DNA of 64,000 nt from an uncultured Spirochaetia bacterium (lineage in GTDB: Bacteria; Oederibacteriota; PGYV01): contig CAYQIS010000002.1 of assembly GCA_964417645.1 (NCBI GenBank), positions 130,583-194,582 on the forward strand, given 5' to 3'. Shown here piece by piece: positions 49,495-61,515 of this stretch. Every line of letters starts with the position of its first letter. Position 1 is the first letter of the stretch. Both the position numbers and the translations under genes were made by a program. The notes below the pieces were generated by a model. It was not told the origin of the DNA. It saw nothing but the letters and a program-made list of their open reading frames with translations, and made no database searches.

Positions 49495-50340
49495 ATGAAG
49501 TTTAAAGATGAAAACCGTAAAATTACGCCCGGAAGAATAGCCGTAATAAAACCAACCATAAATTCCATATACGAAATGAGTCTTGTCAGCGCCGTTGAAT
49601 CGCATTTATCGGATATTGGGGCAAATCTTGCGGTTTTAACCGCGGAAAATGACAATGTTAAGGTTGTGGAAACAATTATGGACGTTATAAAAACGGGCTG
49701 GGCAGGCGCGATTATTACAGTGAATGTCAAGCCGCAGGAAATAATTTCAAGGCATTGTGAAGCTGCAAGGATTCCTCTTGTTATGATAGACGGAGGAGAG
49801 GCTGTATACACAAACACCATAAATATAGATGATTATCACAGCGGTTTTACCGCTGTGGATTATTTGATAAAAAGCGGCAGAAAAAAAATTGTGGTTACAT
49901 CAGGAGACCCGAAACACGGCTACTCACAGGAAATGCGGCTTCTTGGATGCAGGCAGGCTTTTTATGAAAATCAGGTTTCTGAAAGCAGATATTCTTTTTT
50001 GAATTATTTTCTTTATTCAAGGGAAGACGGCATAGCCGCATTTGGGGATATAATAAAAGAAAAACCTGACGCTGTTTTTTGCGCAAACGGCGACAATTTT
50101 GCAATAGGTTTTATGGAAGAAGCAATGGAAAACAGGGTGTCAATACCGGATAATATAGCTGTTGTGGGACATGATGACATAGGTCTCTCCGGTGTGCTTG
50201 GGCTTACAACAATGCGCCAGCCTGTAGGGCTGATGGGGGAAAGGGCTGTTGAAATAATAGCGGATATAATTAACGAGAAAACAAAAACTCCTGTGTCTGA
50301 AGTGTTTAAGGCTGACCTGATAAAAAGGCAAAGCGCCTGA
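49495..50340 (+). CDS. second HTH-less LacI-type ligand-binding-domain protein
   Basis: Type-I PBP / LacI sugar-binding core with conserved ..VVGHDDI..TTMRQP.. C-terminal motifs. No HTH and no signal peptide. Confidence 0.7.
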   Translation: MKFKDENRKITPGRIAVIKPTINSIYEMSLVSAVESHLSDIGANLAVLTAENDNVKVVETIMDVIKTGWAGAIITVNVKPQEIISRHCEAARIPLVMIDGGEAVYTNTINIDDYHSGFTAVDYLIKSGRKKIVVTSGDPKHGYSQEMRLLGCRQAFYENQVSESRYSFLNYFLYSREDGIAAFGDIIKEKPDAVFCANGDNFAIGFMEEAMENRVSIPDNIAVVGHDDIGLSGVLGLTTMRQPVGLMGERAVEIIADIINEKTKTPVSEVFKADLIKRQSA

Positions 50341-50342
50341 TA

Positions 50343-50372
50343 TTGACTTGAAACCCCACAACGCTGTATAAT
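50343..50372 (+). promoter_or_regulatory. sigma-70-like promoter followed by an approximately 130-nt leader upstream of the SulP gene
   Basis: TTGACT-18 nt-TATAAT. Confidence 0.5.
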
Positions 50373-50505
50373 CCAAGATGAAAATTAAAATGGTAATATA
50401 AAAATTAATATATATTTATGAAATGCCGCCAGGCCATCAAACAAGACCGGACGACAAATCAAAAGGAAGTAAGGAAAAATTCTTTGCCCTTTTGGAGCGC
50501 AGCCG

Positions 50506-52179
50506 ATGAAGTACAGATATTCGTTAATGCCAAAAATAGTGACTGTTTTTAAGGAAGGTTATGGCTTAAAGGATTTTCAGAAAGACCTTAACTCCGGAGT
50601 TATAGTGGGGATAGTGGCAATACCGCTTGCAATCGCCTTTGCGATAGCATCAGGAGTAAAACCCGAGCAAGGCCTTTATACCGCTATAGTTGCAGGGTTT
50701 TTGATATCTCTTCTTGGTGGAAGCCGTTTTCAGATAGGCGGCCCAACCGGAGCCTTTGTTGTTGTTGTTTATTCAATTATGTCCAAGTTCGGTTATGAAG
50801 GTCTTGCAGCCGCAACAATTCTTGCGGGCTTGATGCTTATAATTATGGCTGTTATGAAAGTGGGAACATACATAAAGTTTATACCTTACCCGGTAACGGT
50901 TGGTTTTACCAGCGGTATTGCCCTTATAATATTTACGTCCCAGCTGCGTGATTTTTTTGGGCTTAAAATGAATGAATTGCCGCCTGATTTTCTTCATAAA
51001 ATAATTGCATACGCGGGCAGCATTGGCACTGTTAATATACAGGCGTTAATTCTTGGCACCGTGTCACTTTTAATTCTGCGGCTTTGGCCGAAAAAGATAA
51101 AAAAAATACCGGCATCTTTGGTTGTTATCATACTTGGCACTGCGGCCGCGAATTTTATGGGTTTAAATGTTGAAACAATACAGTCAAGGTTTGGAGAAAT
51201 GCCGCATAATCTCCCTTCGGTTAAAATTCCTTCTTTTAATATGGAAATGATACGCCAGGTTTTTCCCGCGGCAATCACAATAGCGCTTCTGGCGGGAATT
51301 GAATCCCTGCTGTCAGCTGTTGTTGCGGACGGCATGACAGGCCGCAGGCACAGAAGCAATGCCGAGATAATGGCTCAGGGATTTGCAAATATAGGCTCAA
51401 TAATTTTCGGGGGAATACCCGCAACCGGCGCCATAGCAAGAACGGCCACAAATATAAGAAACGGGGCCGTAAGCCCTGTTTCGGGAATAATACACGCCAT
51501 AACAGTACTGCTGATAATGTTGCTGTTCGGGAAATGGGCCGGCATGATTCCTCTTTGTGTTCTGGCGGCAATATTGATATCTGTTTCATACCATATGAGC
51601 GAGTGGCGCACAATTGCGGGCATATTTAAATATCCCAAAAGCGACGTTGCGGTTATGGCTGCAACTTTTTTTCTGACGGTTTTTGTTGACCTTACTGTTG
51701 CCATACAGGTGGGGGTTCTGCTTGCCATGTTCCTGTTAATGCACAGAATTTCTGAAGTTACTCACGCGGGATATATAACAAACTCCCTTCACGAGGAAGA
51801 GGATAAGGGCTTTGCCGAAGCGGTAAGCAAGGCAGATGTTCCGGAAGGCGTTGAGGTTTTTCAGATAGACGGGGTTTTCTTTTTTGGGGCGGTTGACCTT
51901 TTTAAGGACGCTGTTGACGGGCTTAAAAGAAGGCCAAAAGTGTTCATTCTTCAAATGAGCAAGGTTTTGTCAATTGACGGCGCAGGCATTAAGGCGCTTG
52001 AAGAAATACAGGAAAGAATGGAAAAAGAAAAAACGGTTCTTGTTTTGTGCGGGGTTCACGCGCAGCCTCTTCATGCTCTTGAAAAGGACGGGTTTATAGA
52101 AAAAATAGGCAAGGGAAATGTGGTCGGCAACATTGACATGGCGCTTAACAGGGCAAGAAAAATCATAGCTTCCTTATGA
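50506..52179 (+). CDS. SulP family anion transporter with C-terminal STAS domain
   Basis: Sulfate_transp motifs (LNSGVIVGIVAIPLAIAFAIASGV..) and a C-terminal STAS domain. Confidence 0.9.
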   Translation: MKYRYSLMPKIVTVFKEGYGLKDFQKDLNSGVIVGIVAIPLAIAFAIASGVKPEQGLYTAIVAGFLISLLGGSRFQIGGPTGAFVVVVYSIMSKFGYEGLAAATILAGLMLIIMAVMKVGTYIKFIPYPVTVGFTSGIALIIFTSQLRDFFGLKMNELPPDFLHKIIAYAGSIGTVNIQALILGTVSLLILRLWPKKIKKIPASLVVIILGTAAANFMGLNVETIQSRFGEMPHNLPSVKIPSFNMEMIRQVFPAAITIALLAGIESLLSAVVADGMTGRRHRSNAEIMAQGFANIGSIIFGGIPATGAIARTATNIRNGAVSPVSGIIHAITVLLIMLLFGKWAGMIPLCVLAAILISVSYHMSEWRTIAGIFKYPKSDVAVMAATFFLTVFVDLTVAIQVGVLLAMFLLMHRISEVTHAGYITNSLHEEEDKGFAEAVSKADVPEGVEVFQIDGVFFFGAVDLFKDAVDGLKRRPKVFILQMSKVLSIDGAGIKALEEIQERMEKEKTVLVLCGVHAQPLHALEKDGFIEKIGKGNVVGNIDMALNRARKIIASL

Positions 52180-52270
52180 TTTTATTTAAAAATTTATTAA
52201 ATTTTTGTTTTTTGTCATTGTGTAATTTTTTGTTGTGTTGTAAATATCCAAATAATCGCGGAGAAACATT

Positions 52271-54061
52271 ATGTTTTGTATCACGGAAATTACTTTGATA
52301 CATTTTGGGGCATTCTGCCTTTATTTTGCCGCGGCAGTGCTTTTGGCCGGCGACGGCTTAAATGATATGACACGGCGCAGTATTTTTGTTGTGCTGGTTA
52401 TTGCGGCTTTTGGAAGCATCAATAAGATGCTTCTTCAAAACCCTTGCATATCCTTGGATTTTGCCGAAACAGTATATGACATCAGCAATTTTTTTTGGAG
52501 GGCCAATTCGCCGTTTGCGTTTATTGTGGGATTGTCATTTTCCGGTTTGGCGGGAAGAAAAACAATAACATGGGCAATGATTGCTGTGGGGGTTTATACG
52601 GCTTTTACGGCGGTTTTGGGATACAGCGGGCAAATTGATGTGCTTGTAAAAAAAGACTTTGGTTACATAGCGGTTTATGCAGACGGACTGCTGCCTTGGG
52701 CTTTAAAACTGCTTGATGATATATGCAATATCGGCGTTGTTGTGTTTCTTATATATGGAACATTGAAAACAAAAAATAAATTAAAAAGAATACAGGGTGT
52801 TATATTTCTTGCGGGTACGGCAATAAGCGTTGCTCTTGTTTATATAACAAGGCATTTTTCAGAAAATTTTTTAATGAATTCCGCGAATATTGAAATGCTG
52901 CCGGCTCTTTTTGCCATGTTTATAGCAATGAAACTTTACGGCTTTATAGAAGACACAAAGGCCGCCGCCGCTTCATATGTGTTTGACGCTTCACTTGAAA
53001 TGATGGCAATACTTGATTCGGAAAAAAAAGTAACCGAAGCAAACAGCGCATTTTTAAGCATAAAACCTGAAGGTTTCAAAAACGGCAATAAGCCTTACTT
53101 TGGTTTTGTTGTGGGAATGGAAGAGAGCGAAAAAATAACAGGTGCACTTGAAAAAGAGGGCGCAATCAAAGGCAGGGAAACAGTGTTTGAGGCCGGAGGC
53201 AGGACTTTTCACGGGCTGATATCCGGATACCTTATAAAACGCAGCGGAATAATCTCGGGGTATGCAATTGTTATTACGGACATAACAAGGATAAAGGAAG
53301 CGGAAGAAGAACTTAAAAGCTACAGGGACCATCTGGAGGAAATGATAGCAGAAAGGACGAAAGAGCTTGATTCCGCGAATGCAAGTTTAAGGATAAAGGT
53401 AAGGACATCGGAAGATTTTATACGGGCGTCACATCACGATATAATGGAACCCATAAGGGCTGTGTCAAAAATGCTGCAGCTTGCATTGAAAAAGGACATT
53501 CCACAAGGTTCGCAGGCAAGGGCTCTTGTTGAAGACTCGGTTAATTATGTGAACAGACTTGAAAGTTTAATTTATGATATCAGGGAATACACCATGATAG
53601 AAGGCGGGCCGGAGACACACAGGATATTTAAACTTAAGGACGCATTGTATGACGCCGTGGTTGAAATGCAGTCAATGATAAGGGATTCAGGCGCGGATAT
53701 AATCATGGGTGATGACGTTCAGGTTTACGGGAACAGGAATCAGATTAAACAGGTTTTCTTGCAGCTTCTTGGGAATTCCATAAAATTCCGTTCCGGTGAA
53801 AACCCAAGGATAGAAATAAAAGCGGAAAAAAGAAACGGAAGGGTTTATGTTTCGGTTTCCGACAACGGTATAGGGATACCTGAAGAATACAAGGAAAGGG
53901 TTTTTGGGGCATTTGAAAGGCTGCATTCAAGGGAAGCATACGAAGGCAATGGAATAGGCCTTGCAATTTGTGCTAAAATAATGGAGCTTCACGGTACCCG
54001 CATATGGGCTGAAAAGGGAACAAGGAAAGGCGCTGTAATCAGTTTTGAAATGGAGGGTTAA
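52271..54061 (+). CDS. membrane sensor histidine kinase (PAS + HisKA + HATPase_c)
   Basis: N-terminal TM helices, PAS-like region, coiled coil, H-box (RASHHDIMEP) and G-boxes (DNGIGIP, GNGIGLAIC). Confidence 0.8.
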   Translation: MFCITEITLIHFGAFCLYFAAAVLLAGDGLNDMTRRSIFVVLVIAAFGSINKMLLQNPCISLDFAETVYDISNFFWRANSPFAFIVGLSFSGLAGRKTITWAMIAVGVYTAFTAVLGYSGQIDVLVKKDFGYIAVYADGLLPWALKLLDDICNIGVVVFLIYGTLKTKNKLKRIQGVIFLAGTAISVALVYITRHFSENFLMNSANIEMLPALFAMFIAMKLYGFIEDTKAAAASYVFDASLEMMAILDSEKKVTEANSAFLSIKPEGFKNGNKPYFGFVVGMEESEKITGALEKEGAIKGRETVFEAGGRTFHGLISGYLIKRSGIISGYAIVITDITRIKEAEEELKSYRDHLEEMIAERTKELDSANASLRIKVRTSEDFIRASHHDIMEPIRAVSKMLQLALKKDIPQGSQARALVEDSVNYVNRLESLIYDIREYTMIEGGPETHRIFKLKDALYDAVVEMQSMIRDSGADIIMGDDVQVYGNRNQIKQVFLQLLGNSIKFRSGENPRIEIKAEKRNGRVYVSVSDNGIGIPEEYKERVFGAFERLHSREAYEGNGIGLAICAKIMELHGTRIWAEKGTRKGAVISFEMEG

Positions 54062-54486
54062 TGGTGAGTGACTGCAATCCTTTTGTCCTCTTGGTTGAAG
54101 ACAACAGAAATGACGCAATGCTTGCGGTTATGGCCATGGAAGAAAGCGGTTTTAACGCAAATTTTGTGCATGTTGCCGACGGTGTTGAGGCGACGGATTT
54201 TCTTTTTAAAGAAAAAGAAAAGTCAAAACTTCCGGACATAATTTTGCTGGATTTAAATATGCCGAGGGTTGACGGGAGACAGCTGCTTTCAAGAATAAGA
54301 AAAGACAGGCGGTTTGACAAGACTGCGGTTTATATTCTTTCAACATCTGACAATATAAAGGATGTTGAAAATGCATATAAAGAAAAAGCGGATTGTTACA
54401 TTGTAAAGCCCATGAATGTGGATGATTTTTTTGAAGCCGTCAAAAAAGCATGTTTTTTTTGGTGCAACGTTGTAAGACGTATTTAA
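54061..54486 (+). CDS. single-domain response regulator (CheY-like receiver)
   Basis: Receiver-domain residues DD, D (LLDLNMP), T, K. Start overlaps the kinase stop. Confidence 0.8.
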   Translation: MVSDCNPFVLLVEDNRNDAMLAVMAMEESGFNANFVHVADGVEATDFLFKEKEKSKLPDIILLDLNMPRVDGRQLLSRIRKDRRFDKTAVYILSTSDNIKDVENAYKEKADCYIVKPMNVDDFFEAVKKACFFWCNVVRRI

Positions 54487-54553
54487 TAAAAATGCAACCA
54501 AAAAGACTTTTATTACGTCCAAATATATATAAAAATACAATAAGGAGGATTAT

Positions 54554-55129
54554 ATGAAAAAAGCTTTTCTTGTGGCGTTATCGATTTTTGCCGTTGCTTT
54601 ATTTGCTTTCGCGGCGGAATCAAAGAAAACATCCGAAAAAGAAAGAAAAGGGGCGATAAAGATTACGGGGGCCGGAGGCGCAATAAATATAACCAAAGAA
54701 TCTCTTACGCCGGAACCCGCGGTTAAGCAATTAAGAAATATGGAAAAAAAAAAAAAAGAAGCGGTTAACAAGGAATCCATACTTAAGGTTGACATAGATG
54801 AAGCCGAGATTTTATACAAAAGCGGAAAGGCGCTGTTTGTTGATGCGCGCGGAGCTTTTGAATTTGATGACGCCAGAATTAAGGGCGCGATAAACATACC
54901 CGCGGGAGACGCTGAAAGAAGGATTGAAGCCCAGAAAGAGCTGCTTAAAGACAAAATACTTGTTACATATTGTTCCGGAGCAGGCTGTCATCTTGCCGAC
55001 AAGGTTGCCAATGCCCTGTTTGATTCGGGTTACAGAAAAGTTGTAATATTTTTTGGCGGCTGGCCAAAGTGGACAAGCGCCGGGCTGCCTGTTGAGGGCA
55101 AGAAAACAAAAGACGGAAAGCTTCAGTAA
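54554..55129 (+). CDS. secreted rhodanese-domain protein (sulfurtransferase-like)
   Basis: Signal peptide. Rhodanese active-site loop YCSGAGCHLA. Confidence 0.65.
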   Translation: MKKAFLVALSIFAVALFAFAAESKKTSEKERKGAIKITGAGGAINITKESLTPEPAVKQLRNMEKKKKEAVNKESILKVDIDEAEILYKSGKALFVDARGAFEFDDARIKGAINIPAGDAERRIEAQKELLKDKILVTYCSGAGCHLADKVANALFDSGYRKVVIFFGGWPKWTSAGLPVEGKKTKDGKLQ

Positions 55130-55138
55130 AAATTTATA

Positions 55139-55180
55139 AAAGCCGCTTAAGCATTTAGCTTAAGCGGCTTTTTGTTTTTT
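55139..55180 (+). terminator. intrinsic terminator
   Basis: AAGCCGCTTAAGC-ATTTA-GCTTAAGCGGCTTTTTGTTTTTT. Confidence 0.8.
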
Positions 55181-55259
55181 ACACGGGGCTCCGTTTGTGG
55201 TATATTATTCAATGTTTTGATTCAAAATATAAAAATATAATATTCAGGAGGAGGCCTAA

Positions 55260-56555
<1,296 letters not shown>

Positions 56556-56571
56556 ACTTGTAAAAACAAAA

Positions 56572-56608
56572 GGCCCCGCAGGCGTTTATGGTCTGCGGGG
56601 CTTTTTTA
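56572..56608 (+). terminator. intrinsic terminator
   Basis: GGCCCCGCAG-loop-CTGCGGGGCTTTTTT. Confidence 0.8.
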
Positions 56609-56652
56609 TTGTATAATCTTCCCTGATATTCAAAATTACAGGAGGTCATAAT

Positions 56653-58203
56653 ATGCCTAAAAAAGTTGTTTTAATAATACGTGACGGCTGGGGGATAGGG
56701 CCTGATTCCCCTTATAACGCCGTTAAGAACGCCAATAAACCCCGCACTGATGAGTTCCTTAAAAAATATCCGAACTGTGTGCTTGAAGCGTCGGGATTGT
56801 CGGTTGGTGTGCCTGCCGGCTATATGGGAAGTTCGGAAGTGGGACATTTAAATATGGGCGCGGCCAGGATAGTGAAACAGGAGGTTGTCCGAATAAACGA
56901 AGCAATTGAAGAGGGTACGGTTTTCGGCAACCCCAACATGAAAAGGGTGTTTGATGCCGCTAAAAAAAGCGGGAACCTTCATGTTATGGGGTTGGTTCAG
57001 GACGAAGGAGTTCATGCGCATCAGGAACACCTTTATGCAATAATTAAAGAAGCCGCAAAGCAGAACATAAAAAATGTATACATTCATTTTTTTGCGGACG
57101 GCCGCGACACATACCCGCGCTCAAGCTTAACTTATCTTGAACAGCTTGAAAACAAAATAAAAGAATACGGCAAAGGCACAATAGGAACAGTTATGGGACG
57201 CTATTATGCAATGGACAGGGGAAAGAATTGGGATTTAACCGATAAAGCTTATAACTGCCTTGTAAAATGCGAAGGCAAACGCGCAAAAACAGCCCGCGAA
57301 GCAATAGAGGAAAGCTATAAAAACGACAAGCTGCCTGACGGAACAGATATGACTGATGAATATATACCCCCCACTGTAATAGGAGATTATCCCGGCATAA
57401 AGGACGGCGACGGTGTGATACATTTCAATTACCGCCAGGACAGGGCCATACAGTTAACCAATGCTTTTGTAGATGACGTGTACGCAGGCAAGCGCGAGCG
57501 TAAATTAGATATAGCCTACTGCGGTCTCACAAGATACTATGATGCCTTTAAATTTAATGTTCTTCCTCCTTTGGATGAAGGCGGGGACATGGCAAATCTT
57601 GTAGGCGAAGAAATATCAAAACACGGCATGAAACAGCTTCGTATAACGGAAACGCAGAAATTCAAGCATGTCACATCTTTTTTCAACGGAAAAATGCTTG
57701 AGCCATATAAAGGCGAAGACAGAATAGAATTAAAAGGGCGTTTTGATCCTTCGGCTTTTGCGGAACATCCTGAAATGGAAGCGTATCTTGTTGCTGACAG
57801 GGCAATAGAGGAGATTAACAGGAAGTATTATGATTTCATAGCCATTAATTTTGCGAATTGTGATATGGTGGGCCATACCGGAGTATATGAAGCGGCCAAA
57901 AAGGCGGTGGAAGTTGTTGATGAATGCACCGGAAAAGTAACCGACGCTGCGCTTAAAGCGGGTTACACTGTATTGATATCGGCGGACCACGGAAATGCCG
58001 AAGAAATGGCCGATGCAAAAACAGGCGCCCCAAAAACAGCCCATACAACTTATCCGGTGGAGTTTATTTATGTTGCGGATGATGCGGACAAGGTAAAATT
58101 AAGGCCGCACGGTGTTCTGGCCGATATTGGCGCGACAATACTTGATTTGCTTGAAATACCAAAGCCAAAAGAAGCAACGGCAGAGAGCCTGATAATCAGA
58201 TAG
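56653..58203 (+). CDS. gpmI: 2,3-bisphosphoglycerate-independent phosphoglycerate mutase
   Basis: iPGM motifs (IRDGWGI, metal-binding region, DHGN). Ends in TAG. Confidence 0.9.
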   Translation: MPKKVVLIIRDGWGIGPDSPYNAVKNANKPRTDEFLKKYPNCVLEASGLSVGVPAGYMGSSEVGHLNMGAARIVKQEVVRINEAIEEGTVFGNPNMKRVFDAAKKSGNLHVMGLVQDEGVHAHQEHLYAIIKEAAKQNIKNVYIHFFADGRDTYPRSSLTYLEQLENKIKEYGKGTIGTVMGRYYAMDRGKNWDLTDKAYNCLVKCEGKRAKTAREAIEESYKNDKLPDGTDMTDEYIPPTVIGDYPGIKDGDGVIHFNYRQDRAIQLTNAFVDDVYAGKRERKLDIAYCGLTRYYDAFKFNVLPPLDEGGDMANLVGEEISKHGMKQLRITETQKFKHVTSFFNGKMLEPYKGEDRIELKGRFDPSAFAEHPEMEAYLVADRAIEEINRKYYDFIAINFANCDMVGHTGVYEAAKKAVEVVDECTGKVTDAALKAGYTVLISADHGNAEEMADAKTGAPKTAHTTYPVEFIYVADDADKVKLRPHGVLADIGATILDLLEIPKPKEATAESLIIR

Positions 58204-58404
58204 TATCTTCTCTTTGATTGGGTTATACAGCGGAAAAATTTAATTGGATCGGATTATTTTTGCGCCGGATACCGTTTTTGTCAAAGCCGGATTCAGGCGA
58301 TAAATTTAATGCGGGAATATTTCATTATTTATTGAAAGATAAAAAAGGTGCAAAGGATTGATTTTTTGCATCTTTGTGCTATAATATCACTAAATAGGTG
58401 ATAT

Positions 58405-59436
58405 ATGAAAAGAAAATTAATTTTAAAAGTTTTTTTTATTATCCTTTTCACTGCAATGAATATATGTGCCCAAAAAGGCGGTGATATTGTGCTGAAAAAA
58501 GCTTATTTTGCCGGCGGCTGTTTTTGGTGCATGGAAGGTCCTTTTGAAGCGGAGCCGGGAGTAACAGCGGTAAAATCAGGATATACAGGCGGCAAAACTG
58601 AAAACCCCACTTATGAAGAAGTATCAACAGGTTCAACAGGGCATTACGAAGCAATTGAAGTCACATATGATCCTTCAAAAGTTTCCTATGAAAGACTCCT
58701 TGAAATTTTCTGGAGACAAATTGATCCGACTGACAGCACAGGGCAATTCGCTGACAAGGGAACGCAGTATTACACTGCTGTTTTTTATAATGATGAAAAA
58801 GAAAGAGCAGCCGCTGAAAAATCAAAAGCAGAGCTTGCAGCTTCAGGCATATTTAAAAAACCCATTGTGACAGAGATCAGGCCTGCGCAGAAATTTTATT
58901 ACGCGGAAGAGTATCATCAGAATTATTATAAGAAGAACCCTTTCCATTACAATGCCTACAAGGCGGCATCAGGCAGGGAAAGCTTTTTACATAGAGTGTG
59001 GGGTAATGTGAAAAAACAGGAATTAAAGAAAAAACTGACGGATATGCAGTATAAGGTTACGCAGGAATGCGGAACAGAACCTCCTTTTAAAAACGAGTAC
59101 TGGGATAATCATAAAGAAGGCATTTACGTGGATGTGGTTACAGGCGAGCCGCTTTTTAGTTCAACGGACAAGTTTGATTCGGGCACAGGCTGGCCGTCAT
59201 TCACAAAGCCAATAGATAAAAGTAATATCATTAAGAAAACAGACAAGAGCCATTTTATGGTGCGCATAGAAGTAAAAAGCAAAAAAGGCGATTCACATCT
59301 TGGCCATGTATTTGATGACGGCCCCGCGCCAACAGGCGAGCGCTATTGCATAAATTCCGCAGCGCTTAAGTTTATACCAAAAGAAGAAATGGAAAAGCGC
59401 GGCTACGGAGAATATTTGAAGTTATTTAAGAAATAG
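58405..59436 (+). CDS. msrAB: secreted bifunctional peptide methionine sulfoxide reductase MsrA/MsrB
   Basis: Signal peptide. MsrA GCFWCMEG motif and Msr[11 protein letters not shown]...RYCINS motif. Confidence 0.9.
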   Translation: MKRKLILKVFFIILFTAMNICAQKGGDIVLKKAYFAGGCFWCMEGPFEAEPGVTAVKSGYTGGKTENPTYEEVSTGSTGHYEAIEVTYDPSKVSYERLLEIFWRQIDPTDSTGQFADKGTQYYTAVFYNDEKERAAAEKSKAELAASGIFKKPIVTEIRPAQKFYYAEEYHQNYYKKNPFHYNAYKAASGRESFLHRVWGNVKKQELKKKLTDMQYKVTQECGTEPPFKNEYWDNHKEGIYVDVVTGEPLFSSTDKFDSGTGWPSFTKPIDKSNIIKKTDKSHFMVRIEVKSKKGDSHLGHVFDDGPAPTGERYCINSAALKFIPKEEMEKRGYGEYLKLFKK

Positions 59437-59512
59437 GTATAATAAATCAGGCCTTTAAGTCTTAAATCATTTGTTCCCCCGCAGCTTTTTAAGGCGGGAA
59501 AAGGGGTAAATA

Positions 59513-60259
59513 ATGCATAAATTAATTCTTTTAAGACACGGAGAATCAACCTGGAATAAAGAAAACCGTTTTACCGGCTGGACAGATGTTGATCTGTCTG
59601 AAAAGGGTTTTGCGGAAGCTCATAAAGCCGGCCAGATATTGAAAAAAGAAAATCTTAAATTTGATATTGCTTTCACTTCGCGGTTAAAACGCGCAATTAA
59701 AACGCTGAACATTGTGCAGGAGGAAACAGATCTTTTGTGGGTGCCCGTATGGCGCGCCTGGGAGCTTAATGAAAGGCATTATGGCGCTTTGCAGGGCCTG
59801 AATAAAAGCGAGATGGCTCAAAAATACGGGGAAGAACAGGTTAAAATATGGCGCCGCAGTTATGATGTAAGGCCGCCGGCACTGGATATTAATGACGAAC
59901 GGCATCCTTCTAAAGAAGAAAAATATGCGGATCTTCCGGCAAGTGTTCTTCCTTCAACGGAATGTCTTAAAGACACGGTTGAGCGTGTTGTGCCTTTTTA
60001 TGAAAAAAATATTGCGCCTTATATTAAACAGGGCAAAACGGCTGTTGTGGCGGCGCACGGCAATTCGCTCAGGGCTTTGGTTAAATATCTGGACAATGTG
60101 TCTGAATCGGAAATAACCGAATTAAACATACCTACAGGAATGCCTTTGGTGTATGAATTGGATGACAGATTAAATGCCGTGAATCATTATTATCTTGGCG
60201 ACCCGGAAGAAGTTAAAAAAGCCATGGAAGCCGTTGCAAATCAGGGAAAAGCAAAATGA
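59513..60259 (+). CDS. gpmA: 2,3-bisphosphoglycerate-dependent phosphoglycerate mutase
   Basis: [20 protein letters not shown] histidine-phosphatase motif. Confidence 0.9.
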   Translation: MHKLILLRHGESTWNKENRFTGWTDVDLSEKGFAEAHKAGQILKKENLKFDIAFTSRLKRAIKTLNIVQEETDLLWVPVWRAWELNERHYGALQGLNKSEMAQKYGEEQVKIWRRSYDVRPPALDINDERHPSKEEKYADLPASVLPSTECLKDTVERVVPFYEKNIAPYIKQGKTAVVAAHGNSLRALVKYLDNVSESEITELNIPTGMPLVYELDDRLNAVNHYYLGDPEEVKKAMEAVANQGKAK

Positions 60260-61014
60260 AGCTGATATCGTGGAATGTAAACGGCATACGCGCGGTGCAT
60301 AATAAGGGACTGTTCATGCCGATATTCAAGGACAAGCCTGAAATTGTGTGCATTCAGGAAACAAAAGCACAGGACGATGTATTCCCAAAAGAGCTGAAGG
60401 AAATACAGGGATATCATTTTTACCTTTGTTCCGCGGAAAAAAAGGGCTACAGCGGCACGGCTATGTGGAGCAAAGAAAAACCAATAACGGTGAAATATGG
60501 TTTTGGCAAAAAGAAATTTGACAATGACGGCAGGATAATGATAGCGGAACTTAAGGATTTCTTTTTATATAACATATATTTCCCAAACGGAGGGCGCGGG
60601 CCTGAATGGGTGGATTTTAAAATTGAATTTTATGAAGAATTTTTAAAACACGCGGAAAAAAACAGAAAATTAAAGCCAATAGTTGTATGCGGGGATGTTA
60701 ACACCGCCCATAAGGAAATAGACCTGGCAAGGCCGAAAGAGAACGAGAATTCAACCGGCTTTCTTCCCGTGGAAAGGGCTTTTTTGGATAAATTGGTTTC
60801 AAAAGGGTATATAGACACTTTCCGTGAATTCAACAAAAAAGGCGGGAATTATACATGGTGGGATTATAAAACGAAAGCCCGTGATAGGAACATAGGCTGG
60901 CGTATTGATTACTTTTATATAAGCGAAGAACTTAAAGAAAAATTAAAGTCAGCATCAATTCATTCCGATGTGATGGGGTCTGATCACTGCCCTGTAAGCA
61001 TAGAGCTTCGCTGA
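60256..61014 (+). CDS. xth: exodeoxyribonuclease III
   Basis: [13 protein letters not shown]... and C-terminal SDHCPV motif. Overlaps the gpmA stop. Confidence 0.9.
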   Translation: MKLISWNVNGIRAVHNKGLFMPIFKDKPEIVCIQETKAQDDVFPKELKEIQGYHFYLCSAEKKGYSGTAMWSKEKPITVKYGFGKKKFDNDGRIMIAELKDFFLYNIYFPNGGRGPEWVDFKIEFYEEFLKHAEKNRKLKPIVVCGDVNTAHKEIDLARPKENENSTGFLPVERAFLDKLVSKGYIDTFREFNKKGGNYTWWDYKTKARDRNIGWRIDYFYISEELKEKLKSASIHSDVMGSDHCPVSIELR

Positions 61015-61055
61015 AAATTATGAAACTGTGGTTTCCATGTTAAAACCATTAAATA

Positions 61056-61085
61056 TTGACAAAAACCCTTCCGATAAACTATAAT
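61056..61085 (+). promoter_or_regulatory. sigma-70-like promoter
   Basis: TTGACA-18 nt-TATAAT upstream of the 61143 gene. Confidence 0.5.
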
Positions 61086-61142
61086 ATAATTTGTTTCCGT
61101 GATTTTTATCACATTTATCTTTTTCAAGGAGGAAAGTTACGA

Positions 61143-61448
61143 ATGGGCGCAACGCAGGCAGAAGCAATTGCAGAAAGACTGAAAGGCGAGGCAAAAAGGC
61201 TTTATCCGGGGGCACTTATAAGAGTTTCTCTTGAACCATATCCGAATGATGACGGGGCCGATGTTTATATTTATGCTCCGAGGAAATTTGCCGATATGCT
61301 TCTTACAAAATTAAAAGCGGCAAAGATGTCATTTTTAAAGGGTACAAAGGTTAATTCTGACAAGCTCAGGATCTTTATGGAAGATATTGAAAGCTTAACG
61401 CCTGAAGTAAGGGCAAGAATAGAAGCGGAATTGGGCGGGAAAAAATAA
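61143..61448 (+). CDS. hypothetical small protein
   Basis: 101-aa ORF with RBS AAGGAGG 8 nt upstream of the ATG; the track ORF starts earlier at 61056. Confidence 0.5.
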   Translation: MGATQAEAIAERLKGEAKRLYPGALIRVSLEPYPNDDGADVYIYAPRKFADMLLTKLKAAKMSFLKGTKVNSDKLRIFMEDIESLTPEVRARIEAELGGKK

Positions 61449-61515
61449 TAAAAAGCGCGGCAGCGCCAAAAGTTGCTGCCGCGGTTAATTTGGAAAGTAT
61501 TACAGGGGGAGCGTA

